A stretch of 32,000 bases of DNA from Candidatus Nanopusillus acidilobi. Its GTDB lineage: Archaea; Nanobdellota; Nanobdellia; Nanobdellales; Nanobdellaceae. The translations under genes were made by a program, and so were the position numbers. The notes under the pieces were generated by a model. It did not search any database and was not told where the DNA came from. It was given only the letters and a program-made list of their open reading frames with translations. The DNA is taken from contig CP010514.1 in assembly GCA_001552015.1 (NCBI GenBank), forward strand, positions 360,001-392,000. The letters are read 5' to 3'. Shown one piece after another: positions 8,727 to 18,859 of this stretch (position 1 is its first letter; each line of letters opens with the position of its first letter).

Positions 8727-9886
8727 TATTTGTATTCGTTTTCTTCTTTTATATTTTTAGATAATAGTAATCTCTTTATATTTTCTATATCATTTTCTAA
8801 TATTTTTATTTTCTCTATTTCATTTATTATATATTCAAAATTAGATAAATCAATGAAATTCTCTATTTTCTTTATTTTATTCATTAAATTTTCATAATCT
8901 GATAATACAGATTCTAATATATCTTTAGAATCATATAATTCTGTTTTTACCTTTCTTATTTCCTCCCTAATATTATTTAGGCTTTCTTCCAATTTATTAT
9001 ATTTTTCATTAATTTCTTCTATTTTATCCATTTCGTTTATTTTAGATCTCAAATCTGTAACCAAATTATTTAATTCCTCAAATAATGCATATATACTATT
9101 TAATCTATTTTCAAAGTTTATATATTTGTTATATAATTCTTCATAAGCTTTAAATTGTTTTACATTTTTAATATCATCATTTGTTAATTGTAATAAGTAA
9201 TTCATATTACTTATTTTATTATTAATTTCAGAATATTTTTCTTCATATTTCTTTTCTATCTCTTCCAATTTACTATTAACATTATATAGATCTTTTTCCC
9301 TTATTTCATTTATCATTTCAGATATTTTATTATATTGCAATAGATCTTTAGATAAATTATCTATTGTTTTGGATACTAAATTTGCCAAATTATCAACTTT
9401 TGCTTTTAGATCATTAAAATCATTAATACTTGTATATGAGTCTTCTAATTTATTTAATCTATCTATTGAATCTTCTAATTTATTCCTTAATTCTTTTATA
9501 TTATTTATAACATCCTCATATTGTGTTATTTTATTACTTAGAGAATTTATATCAAGTTCTAATTTATTTATTTTTGATTTTATATTTACTATAGTAGAAT
9601 AATCAACAAAGTTTTTCTGATTATTTTCTAATACATCTACTTTTATTTTCAAATCATTTAAATATCTTATTTTATCCAATAAATCTTCATTTAATATTTC
9701 TTTATAATTATCTAATACTTTTTCTACATTTTCTAATTCTTCTTTCAAGGCTTTTAATTGATTATTAAATTCTTCTCTATTTACAAAATTATTCAAGCTT
9801 CTTTTTATTTCTGATATTCTATTATTAAAATTTTTTACATATGAAAAAAATTCATCAATTAGATTTTCATCTTTATTTAAATCCAT
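8723..9886 (-). CDS. Long coiled-coil protein
   Basis: 387 aa almost entirely heptad-like, charged, no TM segment; same strand as PolB. Confidence 0.75.
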   Translation of the reverse strand: MDLNKDENLIDEFFSYVKNFNNRISEIKRSLNNFVNREEFNNQLKALKEELENVEKVLDNYKEILNEDLLDKIRYLNDLKIKVDVLENNQKNFVDYSTIVNIKSKINKLELDINSLSNKITQYEDVINNIKELRNKLEDSIDRLNKLEDSYTSINDFNDLKAKVDNLANLVSKTIDNLSKDLLQYNKISEMINEIREKDLYNVNSKLEEIEKKYEEKYSEINNKISNMNYLLQLTNDDIKNVKQFKAYEELYNKYINFENRLNSIYALFEELNNLVTDLRSKINEMDKIEEINEKYNKLEESLNNIREEIRKVKTELYDSKDILESVLSDYENLMNKIKKIENFIDLSNFEYIINEIEKIKILENDIENIKRLLLSKNIKEENEYKY

Positions 9887-9921
9887 AAACTAATTATGTA
9901 TAATAAATTTTATTAAACTTA

Positions 9922-10239
9922 CTATATATTTTTTAATAATTCTTTTCTTATATCATCAATTTCTTTCTTTATCATATCATATTTCAATTCTAAATTATAT
10001 AATCTTTTTTTAATATCATCTATATCTTTAAATTTTAACCTTATTTCCAATAAAAGCATTTTTAATTCTTTCAATAATTTATTATATTCATTATCTTTAT
10101 CAAATACATTTTTTAATTTCATATATTTCTCATAAATTTCATCTTTTATTTTTTTATTTTTTTCTAATTCTTCTTTTAAATCCTTAATCTTATTTTCTAA
10201 ATCTTCTATGATTTTTTCATATTCATTTATTTCATCCAT
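9922..10239 (-). CDS. Small coiled-coil protein
   Basis: 105 aa, heptad-like; start overlaps the PolB stop by 8 nt. Confidence 0.7.
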   Translation of the reverse strand: MDEINEYEKIIEDLENKIKDLKEELEKNKKIKDEIYEKYMKLKNVFDKDNEYNKLLKELKMLLLEIRLKFKDIDDIKKRLYNLELKYDMIKKEIDDIRKELLKNI

Positions 10240-12652
10240 TTTTAAAAAATGATAATATATCTTTTTGAGCTTTTCCTATATTTTCCATGGATATATTTAA
10301 TGCTTTTAATATAGGTTCTATAGCTGGTAAAACCTGTTTATATATATAATATTCTGGATCATATTCATTATCTTTAACCTCATCTAATACTCTAACTTTA
10401 TCAGAAATTTTTTCACCACCTTTTACTATAATATATTCAACTATAAATCCCCTTCTAACATCATAACCTTTTTCTTTATATTTTTTTGCTGCTATAATAT
10501 GTGGAGCTGTAACCTCATATTCTGATAAATCTTTTCTTAATTGTTCCCTTAATATAAATTTCTCTTTAGGATAAACATGATTTCTTATATTTTTAATAAC
10601 TTCTGACAGATAATCATTTATTTCTCTTATTTTTCCTTCTAGTGCTAATCTAATTACATTTTCTTGAACTTCCCCAGCAATTTCTGACCAATCTCTTCTA
10701 ACAACTTCAAAACCTCTTAATTTAATATTTTTATTTTCAGATAATAATGCATATTTTTTTCTAGCACCACCCTCTCCAGATCTTTTTTCTACAAATATCC
10801 CAGATATATAATAATCTTCAAATTCCATTTCCAATGGTTTTGGCAAAATATTATTTATTTTATTTAATAAATTTAGAGCATTTTCTTTATTATCTACAAT
10901 AACAAATATAGAATCTGTATCTCCATATAATATTTTATATCCACTTTTTTCAATAAAATCTTTTACTTCTAATATATGTTTTCTACCTAAAGCAGTTACT
11001 GCAGCCGCACATTCTAAACAATACCATCTAGAATTTGGAAAACCCAAATAACCATATGTGGAATTTATTATATATTTTAATGCTGTCTGTCTACTATCAA
11101 TTATTTTATATTCCTCAGAATTTTTATCTAAACTTTTTAAAGCTTTCTTTAAATTTGCTCTTTCTTCAAATACTTTTTCTAATACTGCAGATATAAATCC
11201 TTTTTTCTTTTTACAGAACCATACTTCAGATTTTCCTAAACTTGTTTCAATAGTTATTTTATCTTTCATGCATTCTTCATGCTCACATTTCAATGTATCT
11301 GGAGAAATATTATATCTAATTATTATTGAAGGATATAGAGATCTGAAATCAAAAACAGCAATATTTTTATATAAACCAGGTTTTGGTTCCAATACAATAG
11401 CACCAGTATATGTTACCCTTTTTCTTTTATCTACTTCTTCAGGATCTGGTCTATTTGGAATTATTTCATTAAATTCTTTTGCCCTTTTTATTAGATAATT
11501 TTCTACAAGTATTCCATATGTACTTCCCGATAATTCATATAATGTAATTCCAACCAATCTTGCTAACTCTAATAAAATTCCTTCAAAATGTTTATATAAT
11601 TTATAAGTTAATTCCACATCTTTTCTATTATATTTTATTAGATAACTGAAATCTTTTTTATTATAAATTATATCTGACATTTTATCTAAATCCATATCTA
11701 ATTTTCCTTCTCCTAGTATTTCCATAGCAACTTCATCTAAAGAATATGTTTCAGAATTTAATTGCGGTGCAAATATTGTTGTAACAATATCATATAAATC
11801 AACATTTTGTATTCCAACTACCCTATATTTTTTATCTTCTTCTCTTTTTTTAGTATATACTATTCCTTTTCCATCCCATCCAAAATCAAAATTAAATCCT
11901 AATCTTTTTGCTTTCTCATATAAAAAGTATAAATCAAAATTATTTGAATTATATCCAACAATTACATCTGGATCCAAACTTTTAATTATTTCATTAAATT
12001 TTTTCAATAATTCTAATTCACTATTTACTTTTATTCCTTCATTTGATTCCCCTCCCCAATATATTGAATAATATTTTTCTCCATCATATATTGAAATAAT
12101 GTAAATATATGCTTTTTCTGGTGATATTATAGATTTATTAGAAGCTGTTTCTATATCAAATGATATAACTTTTAATTTATATTTATTTTCAACCATCCCG
12201 TTATTTTTCTTTAATTTGTAATAATCTATATTATCTCCTTTTTTTATTAATTCCAATTCCAAATCATATGTATATAATGGATATATATCATTATCTATTT
12301 GAAACTTTTTTATTATACTTATATCACCTTCTTTTTTTCCAATTATTTTTCCTTCTTCCTTTAATTTATCAGCAAAATTTTTTATTTTATCATAATCATC
12401 CTGACTTAAATAAACTTTTATTACAGTATATTCCTTTCCTATAAAATTTTTCTTTAGAATTTCAAAATTTTTCACATATTTTTCATCTTTCAATTTATTT
12501 TTTATTTCTTCTAAATATTTTTCATCTTTTAATATTAAATATACATAAAATGGTTGATCATACTCTATTCTTACCTTCTTTCCATTTTCATCCCTTCCAT
12601 AAATATAAACTTTTTCTTTATCATGATCAAAATCTAATACAAATACTTTCAT
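10232..12652 (-). CDS. polB: DNA polymerase family B (intact, no intein)
   Basis: Exo motifs VISFDIETAS, VGYNSNNFD, YNRKDVELT; pol motifs DFRSLYPSIIIRYNISPDTL, KYIINSTYGYLGF, YGDTDSIFV. Confidence 0.97.
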   Translation of the reverse strand: MKVFVLDFDHDKEKVYIYGRDENGKKVRIEYDQPFYVYLILKDEKYLEEIKNKLKDEKYVKNFEILKKNFIGKEYTVIKVYLSQDDYDKIKNFADKLKEEGKIIGKKEGDISIIKKFQIDNDIYPLYTYDLELELIKKGDNIDYYKLKKNNGMVENKYKLKVISFDIETASNKSIISPEKAYIYIISIYDGEKYYSIYWGGESNEGIKVNSELELLKKFNEIIKSLDPDVIVGYNSNNFDLYFLYEKAKRLGFNFDFGWDGKGIVYTKKREEDKKYRVVGIQNVDLYDIVTTIFAPQLNSETYSLDEVAMEILGEGKLDMDLDKMSDIIYNKKDFSYLIKYNRKDVELTYKLYKHFEGILLELARLVGITLYELSGSTYGILVENYLIKRAKEFNEIIPNRPDPEEVDKRKRVTYTGAIVLEPKPGLYKNIAVFDFRSLYPSIIIRYNISPDTLKCEHEECMKDKITIETSLGKSEVWFCKKKKGFISAVLEKVFEERANLKKALKSLDKNSEEYKIIDSRQTALKYIINSTYGYLGFPNSRWYCLECAAAVTALGRKHILEVKDFIEKSGYKILYGDTDSIFVIVDNKENALNLLNKINNILPKPLEMEFEDYYISGIFVEKRSGEGGARKKYALLSENKNIKLRGFEVVRRDWSEIAGEVQENVIRLALEGKIREINDYLSEVIKNIRNHVYPKEKFILREQLRKDLSEYEVTAPHIIAAKKYKEKGYDVRRGFIVEYIIVKGGEKISDKVRVLDEVKDNEYDPEYYIYKQVLPAIEPILKALNISMENIGKAQKDILSFFKNG

Positions 12653-12682
12653 AAAAAATTATTGTAAAATATTAATTAAAGT

Positions 12683-14125
12683 TTAACCTTTTATAACTGC
12701 TATTGGTCTTAATCTTACAACAATTTTAGATATACCTAATTCGTCAGTTACTTTTACAACTTCATCAACATTTTTATAAGCTTCAGGTACTTCTTCAACT
12801 ACACCTTCTTTTGTTGTAGATTTTACATAGATTCCTCTTTCTTCTAAATTTTTAATTATTTCATTATAATTAAATGATCTTCTAGCAGCAGCTCTTGACA
12901 TATTTCTTCCAGCACCATGTGCAGAAGATCCAAATGATAACTCCATAGATTTTTCAGATCCTATTAATACATATGATGCTGTTCCCATTGAACCTGGAAT
13001 TAATACTGGTTGTCCAATTTTTCTATAATCTTCAACCAATTCTTCTGAACCTGATGGAAATGCTCTAGTAGCACCCTTTCTATGAACAATCAATTTTTTC
13101 TTTTTACCATCAACTTTATGTTCTTCAATTTTTGCAATATTATGAGCTACATCATATATAACATTTAATCCAATATCTTCTGCTGGATGATTATATATCT
13201 TTTGGAATGACTTTCTAATAAAATATGTTATTATTTGTCTATTATTCCATGCAAAATTTGCTGCAGCACTCATTGACTTCCAATAATTATTTCCATCATC
13301 AGATTGAAATGGTAAATATACTAATTCTTTATCCGGTAATTTATTTATTTCTTCTCTATATTTTTTCAATCCTAGATCTATATAATCTGATGCAATTTGA
13401 TGTCCAAAACCTCTAGAACCTGTATGAATTAATACCGTTACTTGTCCTTCTTCATATATTCCCAATTTATTTGCTATATCTTTATCAAATATCTTATCAA
13501 CTACCTGTATTTCAATGAAATGGTTTCCAGATCCTATAGTTCCTAATTGATCTATTCCTCTTCTAATTGCTAAATCTGATACATGCTCTATTGAAGCATC
13601 TTTTAATCTACCATAAGATTCTACATGTTCCAAATCCTCTTTCCATGCATAACCTTCTCTATAACTCCATTCTAAACCTTCTTCTACAGCATCCTTAAAT
13701 TGTCCTGGAGATAAAACAATCTTTCCAGTTTCTCCAACTCCGGCAGGTACATTTCTAAATATTTCATTTACAATTTCTTTTAATTTTGGTTTTATCTCTT
13801 CATATTTTAAATTTGTTCTTAACAATCTTACACCACAATTTATATCATATCCTATCCCACCTGGAGAAATTATTCCTTCATTTATATCAAATGCAGCAAC
13901 TCCTCCAACTGGAAATCCATAGCCTTCATGCCCATCCGGCATTATAATAGAATATTTTTGTATTCCAGGTAAACTAGCAACATTCTTTCCTTGTATTAAT
14001 GTTTTATCCTCTTTCATCTTTTCTATTAACTTATCATTTGCATATACTCTAACTGGAACATTCATTCCATTTTCTTTAGGTATTTCATATATATTTTCAG
14101 ATATTTTTCTTAACTTTATATCCAT
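12683..14125 (-). CDS. rtcB: tRNA-splicing ligase RtcB
   Basis: IMPDGHEGYGFPVGGVAAFD, GGIGYDINCGVRLLRTNL, GTIGSGNHFIEIQ, HTGSRGFGHQIASDY, PGSMGTASYVL, SSAHGAGRNMSR. Confidence 0.97.
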   Translation of the reverse strand: MDIKLRKISENIYEIPKENGMNVPVRVYANDKLIEKMKEDKTLIQGKNVASLPGIQKYSIIMPDGHEGYGFPVGGVAAFDINEGIISPGGIGYDINCGVRLLRTNLKYEEIKPKLKEIVNEIFRNVPAGVGETGKIVLSPGQFKDAVEEGLEWSYREGYAWKEDLEHVESYGRLKDASIEHVSDLAIRRGIDQLGTIGSGNHFIEIQVVDKIFDKDIANKLGIYEEGQVTVLIHTGSRGFGHQIASDYIDLGLKKYREEINKLPDKELVYLPFQSDDGNNYWKSMSAAANFAWNNRQIITYFIRKSFQKIYNHPAEDIGLNVIYDVAHNIAKIEEHKVDGKKKKLIVHRKGATRAFPSGSEELVEDYRKIGQPVLIPGSMGTASYVLIGSEKSMELSFGSSAHGAGRNMSRAAARRSFNYNEIIKNLEERGIYVKSTTKEGVVEEVPEAYKNVDEVVKVTDELGISKIVVRLRPIAVIKG

Positions 14126-14131
14126 AAAATA

Positions 14132-15301
14132 TTATTTATTATAATTCTTTAAAACATAATTTAAGAAAAGGAAGGAAATTCCTAAAATAATAAATGATAA
14201 AAACAAACCATATTGAACAGAAATATAATAAAGTAACAAAGATCCTATTGCACCACCCAAATTTCTAAATAAATATATATTTCCAAATTTTTGTGGATAA
14301 TTTAATATTATATAATTATCAAAGAAATATTGAAACATTGTCCATGAAAATGCAGCTAATATAAATAATACTGTTAGTATTATACCATTATATATTTTTG
14401 ATAAAGAAAATATTAAAGACAATAATATTATTATTCCTATAAAAAATCTAGAAAATATTCCAATTTTTATATTTCTAAAATTAATTTCCCTTTTATATAT
14501 TTTATATAATATTGAAGTATACAATCCATTTATAAATAATAAAAATGGAAAAATTGTAGATAAAGAAAATACATTTACAGAATAAACTAAAGATGCCCAA
14601 ACTAATGAAAATCCAATCAAAACAAATAGATTATATAATTCTAAATATCCTATTCTTAACTTTTTTATATTTAATGGAAATACTAAACCTTCAAATATAG
14701 GATATAGAGTTCCAAATTTATCTATATTATTTTCTGCAATTGAAAACATTTTATCAATTCTTTTCAATAAATTTAATTCATATGCGGATGAAAATAAAAA
14801 TAAATATAATTTCCTATATATAATAATTATCGTAGATAATAGCAATAAAATAAAAACTATATATATGTTATAAATCAGGGAAAGAAAAATAAGAGAAATT
14901 TGAGGTATTATTTCTCCAAAAGTCCAATAAATATTAAAATAGAAATTTAAGCCTACATCTCTATAATATAGTAAAAATGAAAAATATGTAGATGATGTTG
15001 TAATATTAAACAAGAAGAATGATAATATTAGTAAATAAATATTTGGATAAACTAATAGTAGAGAAGATAGGAGAGGCCCTATTACACCAATCATTGCAAT
15101 ATTAATATAATTTTTCTCATTTATTCTAATATTTCCAAATATTGCTGAACTTATTATTGATCCTATATAAGATATAGAAATTAAAGAATAATATATATTA
15201 GATGGGAAATTAAAATAATATGGGTAAACAAAGAATAAACTATTTAATATTCCCCCAACTAGATTATTACTAATTAAAATAATTTTTTCTTTATAATTCA
15301 T
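14132..15301 (-). CDS. MFS-like multi-TM transporter
   Basis: 389 aa with about 12 hydrophobic segments. Confidence 0.6.
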   Translation of the reverse strand: MNYKEKIILISNNLVGGILNSLFFVYPYYFNFPSNIYYSLISISYIGSIISSAIFGNIRINEKNYINIAMIGVIGPLLSSLLLVYPNIYLLILSFFLFNITTSSTYFSFLLYYRDVGLNFYFNIYWTFGEIIPQISLIFLSLIYNIYIVFILLLLSTIIIIYRKLYLFLFSSAYELNLLKRIDKMFSIAENNIDKFGTLYPIFEGLVFPLNIKKLRIGYLELYNLFVLIGFSLVWASLVYSVNVFSLSTIFPFLLFINGLYTSILYKIYKREINFRNIKIGIFSRFFIGIIILLSLIFSLSKIYNGIILTVLFILAAFSWTMFQYFFDNYIILNYPQKFGNIYLFRNLGGAIGSLLLYYISVQYGLFLSFIILGISFLFLNYVLKNYNK

Positions 15302-15918
15302 TTTATTATATCTCTAAATTTTTCTTTTAATATATCTGCCAAAGCTATGCCTATAGCAATTGAAATTGAAATAACTATTCCACCAAAAAGTATTATAAAC
15401 ATATAGAGAAGAACTGGAGATAAAAGATTTAGATAGCTAAGTGTTAATACTAATACAAAAAATAAAACAATAAATCTTATTAAGCCTAATATAAAGTTTG
15501 CATATCTAAAATTTTGGATTAATGGATATAAAAAAGATCTCAATATAAATTCCATCATTGCATATGAAATTATTATTACAACAATTATTATCAATAGACT
15601 GTTTAATATATTAAAAACTAGGATTCCTATATTTCTAACATATGGAACTATGTAAAATGAAAATCCAATAAAATAAAAGTATATAAAGAACTTAACTATA
15701 TTTACTAGTAGATCTGTAAGAGAATATGCTGTCATTATTTGTTTATCATGTAGCCATTTATCTAGACCAAGAATTTTTTTTAGTATTATCTTAAGTATTA
15801 ATGCTGTAAGTTTTCCTATAAAATATCCAATTATAATAATAGAGACAGAAATTATTATTATTTTTAATATATTATAGTTAAATATCTGAAATATAAGATT
15901 GATAATACTTTCCAGCAT
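15298..15918 (-). CDS. Multi-TM protein resembling the membrane part of MscS-type channels
   Basis: 206 aa, about 5 TM segments, last helix VISISIAIGIALADILKEKFRDIIK; overlaps the transporter start by 4 nt. Confidence 0.5.
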   Translation of the reverse strand: MLESIINLIFQIFNYNILKIIIISVSIIIIGYFIGKLTALILKIILKKILGLDKWLHDKQIMTAYSLTDLLVNIVKFFIYFYFIGFSFYIVPYVRNIGILVFNILNSLLIIIVVIIISYAMMEFILRSFLYPLIQNFRYANFILGLIRFIVLFFVLVLTLSYLNLLSPVLLYMFIILFGGIVISISIAIGIALADILKEKFRDIIK

Positions 15919-15993
15919 AATATTATCTAAAAAAATGATAATTTATAAATACATAGTCCTCCTAAAATTAACATAACTTTCAAAAATTAAAAG

Positions 15994-16066
15994 TAGCCCC
16001 GCGGGGATTCGAACCCCGGTCTCAGGGACCAAAACCCTGAATCCTAGACCACTAGACGACGGGGCT
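15994..16066 (-). tRNA. tRNA-Gln(UUG), contiguous
   Basis: AGCCCCGTCGTCTAGTGGTCTAGGATTCAGGGTTTTGGTCCCTGAGACCGGGGTTCGAATCCCCGCGGGGCTA; complete cloverleaf, loop TTTTGGT. Confidence 0.97.
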
Positions 16067-16084
16067 ATATAGCATATCATATTC

Positions 16085-16095
16085 TTTAAATTTAA
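16085..16095. promoter_or_regulatory. Symmetric TATA-like element between tRNA-Gln and the AAA ATPase gene
   Basis: TTTAAATTTAA, about 24 bp from the tRNA-Gln 5' end and about 31 bp from the ATG at 16121. Confidence 0.45.
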
Positions 16096-16120
16096 TAATA
16101 TTTTTATTAAACAATTTTAT

Positions 16121-17137
16121 ATGAATGATACTGAAATGCTTAATTTTTTTAAATTAAGAGACAATCCCTTTAAACTAGAGGTAATTTTAGAAACTTTTGT
16201 TGGATATAATTTAGAAAGAACAAAACTATTAAATTCAATAAATAATAAAGAAAAAATTGTTTTGGTTTCTGGTCCTACTGGAGCAGGAAAAACAACATTA
16301 TTATTATGGATATACAATAATCTTAAAACAAAGAATAAAATATATATTTATAGGCCTTTTGAAAAAAGAGAAGAATTTGAAAAATATTTTATTGATAGAT
16401 TATCATTTTTTGAAAGATTAATATACAAATTTAAGAAATTTAATATAGTAGAATATTTAAATAAGAAAAATTTGATAATATTTTTAGATGAAGCTACTTT
16501 TTGTGATGACAATATTTTAGAATGGATAAAAGTTATGTCAGATCAAACAAATTGCACATTTATATTAGCAGGTTTACCGGAGTTTGAAGAAAGATTATTA
16601 AAAGAACATAGAACATTATATGAAAGAATTATCACAAAAATATATTTAAAATCTCTTGATCCTGAAAGCGGTAAATTATTAATTAAAAAAAGATTAGAGC
16701 TTGCAGGTAATCCAAATCTATTTACAGAAGATGCAATAGAAGAAATATATAATTTATCTGGAGGTTTACCAAGAGAAATATTAAAATATTCATACGAAGC
16801 ACTATTAATTGCATATAGAGAAAGAAAAAATATTATTGATAGAGATATTGTAGAAAAAATATATGAAGCAAAGAAACCTCCAACAGATTTATTAAAATTA
16901 ACAGAAAAACAAAGATATATAGTAGAATTAATAACAAAATATGGTCCAAAAACAGTTAATGAGTTATTAAAATTATTTAAGGAAAGATATTCTGATACAA
17001 CAATTCATGCAATATCAAATATATTAAAAAGAATGACCGAAAGTAAAATATTAATTAGGACAAAAGTAAAAGGTAAATTCGTATATGATGTTGTACCTGC
17101 AATAAAAGATTATTTCATAAGAGAAATAAATAAATGA
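16121..17137 (+). CDS. AAA+ ATPase with C-terminal winged helix
   Basis: Walker A SGPTGAGKTT, Walker B LIIFLDEAT, sensor-like CTFILAGLPEFEERL, LSGGLPREILKYS, then helix-turn-helix-like C-terminus. Confidence 0.78.
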   Translation: MNDTEMLNFFKLRDNPFKLEVILETFVGYNLERTKLLNSINNKEKIVLVSGPTGAGKTTLLLWIYNNLKTKNKIYIYRPFEKREEFEKYFIDRLSFFERLIYKFKKFNIVEYLNKKNLIIFLDEATFCDDNILEWIKVMSDQTNCTFILAGLPEFEERLLKEHRTLYERIITKIYLKSLDPESGKLLIKKRLELAGNPNLFTEDAIEEIYNLSGGLPREILKYSYEALLIAYRERKNIIDRDIVEKIYEAKKPPTDLLKLTEKQRYIVELITKYGPKTVNELLKLFKERYSDTTIHAISNILKRMTESKILIRTKVKGKFVYDVVPAIKDYFIREINK

Positions 17138-18063
17138 AATGTAGTTTTTGTAATAATAATGCAATATATAGAGATATTGATGGAAATTATTATTGCAAAG
17201 ACCATTTTATAAAATATTTTGAAGAAAAAACAATAAATACAATTGAAAAATATAAATTGATAAAACCTGGAGAAAGAATTGGTGTTGGGGTCTCTGGAGG
17301 AAAAGATTCAAATGCATTATTATTTTTCTTAAATAAATATAAAGAATATTTTGATATTGAAGTTTTTGGAATTCATATTGATGAAGGAATAAAAGGATAT
17401 AGAGATAAAGATACAGAAAAATTATTAGAAATTTCAAAAAAATATAATTTAAATGTAAAAATATATAGATTCACTGAATATTTTAATACTAGATTGGATG
17501 AAGTTGTAAAAATATCAAAAGAATATAAAGCATGTACAATCTGTGGTGTATGGAGAAGATGGTTAATGTGGAAAGCAGCAAAAGATTTAAATTTAGATAA
17601 ATTTGCGACTGCACATAATTTAAATGACGAAGTTCAAACAATTCTAATGAATATTTTTGAAGGAAATTTAAAGGATCTATTAAAAGAAGGACCATATGTA
17701 GGAATAGTTGAAGAAGATTTTATTCCTAGAATTAAACCTTTTTATTTCAATACAGAAAAAGAAAATATGTTATATTCAGTATTAAATAATTTAGAACCAC
17801 CATTTGGAGAATGTCCTTTTATTGTTGGTGAATTTAGAGATATAATTAGATCAAAGTTATATAAGTTAGAAGATGAATATCCAGGATTTCATAGAAATTT
17901 CTTAAGAAATATTTTAGAAATAATATATAAAGCTAAAATTGATTATAAAAAGGAAAATATCATAAAATTAAGAAAATGTAAAATTTGCGGATATCCAACT
18001 ACTAGAGAAATATGCAGAGCATGCGAAATAAAATTAAAAATAAGTAATGTTAAAAATACTTAA
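17134..18063 (+). CDS. TtuA/Ncs6-family tRNA 2-thiolation protein
   Basis: CSFCNN and CKICG zinc ribbons, PP-loop GVGVSGGKDSNAL, CTICGVWRRWLMWKAA, FATAHNLNDEVQTILMNIFEG. Confidence 0.88.
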   Translation: MKCSFCNNNAIYRDIDGNYYCKDHFIKYFEEKTINTIEKYKLIKPGERIGVGVSGGKDSNALLFFLNKYKEYFDIEVFGIHIDEGIKGYRDKDTEKLLEISKKYNLNVKIYRFTEYFNTRLDEVVKISKEYKACTICGVWRRWLMWKAAKDLNLDKFATAHNLNDEVQTILMNIFEGNLKDLLKEGPYVGIVEEDFIPRIKPFYFNTEKENMLYSVLNNLEPPFGECPFIVGEFRDIIRSKLYKLEDEYPGFHRNFLRNILEIIYKAKIDYKKENIIKLRKCKICGYPTTREICRACEIKLKISNVKNT

Positions 18064-18233
18064 TTCTTTTGTATCTATAAGAATTACAAATCCTTCTTAA
18101 ATGAAAAATATTTAATTATAGAGCATAGAAAGACTAATTTTAAGAAAATAGATAAATTACATCAAAGACAATAGAATTATACTTAAGAAGTCATAGTAAT
18201 TAGTTTTTAAATTTTTCTATAATTCAAAAAAAT

Positions 18234-18650
18234 ATGAATAATATAGATATAACAAAAGAATTTCTATACACGCTCTTATTGTTATTTTCTATAGAAACAT
18301 TCTTAGACCTATTATCATTTATTATATATCCATCAATTTTTCCAAATTATATTAATATTTCCGTTGATATTTTCTTATTTATAATTCTTTTATTATCTAT
18401 ATTTTCAATTTATTTAATAAAAAAAGATAATTTATACGGTTATATAATTTCATTGTTTATATCAATATTGATTTTATTTTCTTCTTTTACATTAAATTAT
18501 AATAATATAATAGATATAGCAGTAAGAAATGTAGCATCTAATTATGGTATATATCCAAACCCAATAATATTGTTCTTTGGTATTTCAATATTTTTAATAA
18601 GTATAAGAAAAATAATTCAATTAAGAAAAACTAAAATTTCTTCAACTTAG
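18234..18650 (+). CDS. Small membrane protein
   Basis: 138 aa, 4 hydrophobic segments; converges on and overlaps rpoN by 20 nt. Confidence 0.5.
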   Translation: MNNIDITKEFLYTLLLLFSIETFLDLLSFIIYPSIFPNYINISVDIFLFIILLLSIFSIYLIKKDNLYGYIISLFISILILFSSFTLNYNNIIDIAVRNVASNYGIYPNPIILFFGISIFLISIRKIIQLRKTKISST

Positions 18651-18828
18651 CAATTATCTCTATTTGTTGAACATGTCCTAAAAATACCTGTCTACAACAA
18701 GCTCTTTCCAATCCTAATTCATCTAAAGCTTCTTTCATTGTTTTACCTTCATTTAATAATTTAATATATCTTTCATATAAATGTCCAATTGGTTTTCCGC
18801 ATGTAAAACATCTAATAGGTATTATCAT
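18631..18828 (-). CDS. rpoN: DNA-directed RNA polymerase subunit N (Rpb10)
   Basis: [21 protein letters not shown]...[19 protein letters not shown]. Confidence 0.97.
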   Translation of the reverse strand: MIIPIRCFTCGKPIGHLYERYIKLLNEGKTMKEALDELGLERACCRQVFLGHVQQIEIIAKLKKF

Positions 18829-18859
18829 AGTATTAGAATTTTACAACATTTTTATAAAT

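Noticed and set aside
9369-13416. Plus-strand ORFs 9369-9602, 11058-11498 and 13225-13416
   Set aside because: Antisense to the coiled-coil protein, PolB and RtcB; typical shadow ORFs of AT-rich coding DNA.
16117-17695. Minus-strand ORFs 16117-16317, 17207-17437 and 17489-17695
   Set aside because: Antisense to strongly supported ATPase and TtuA/Ncs6 genes.
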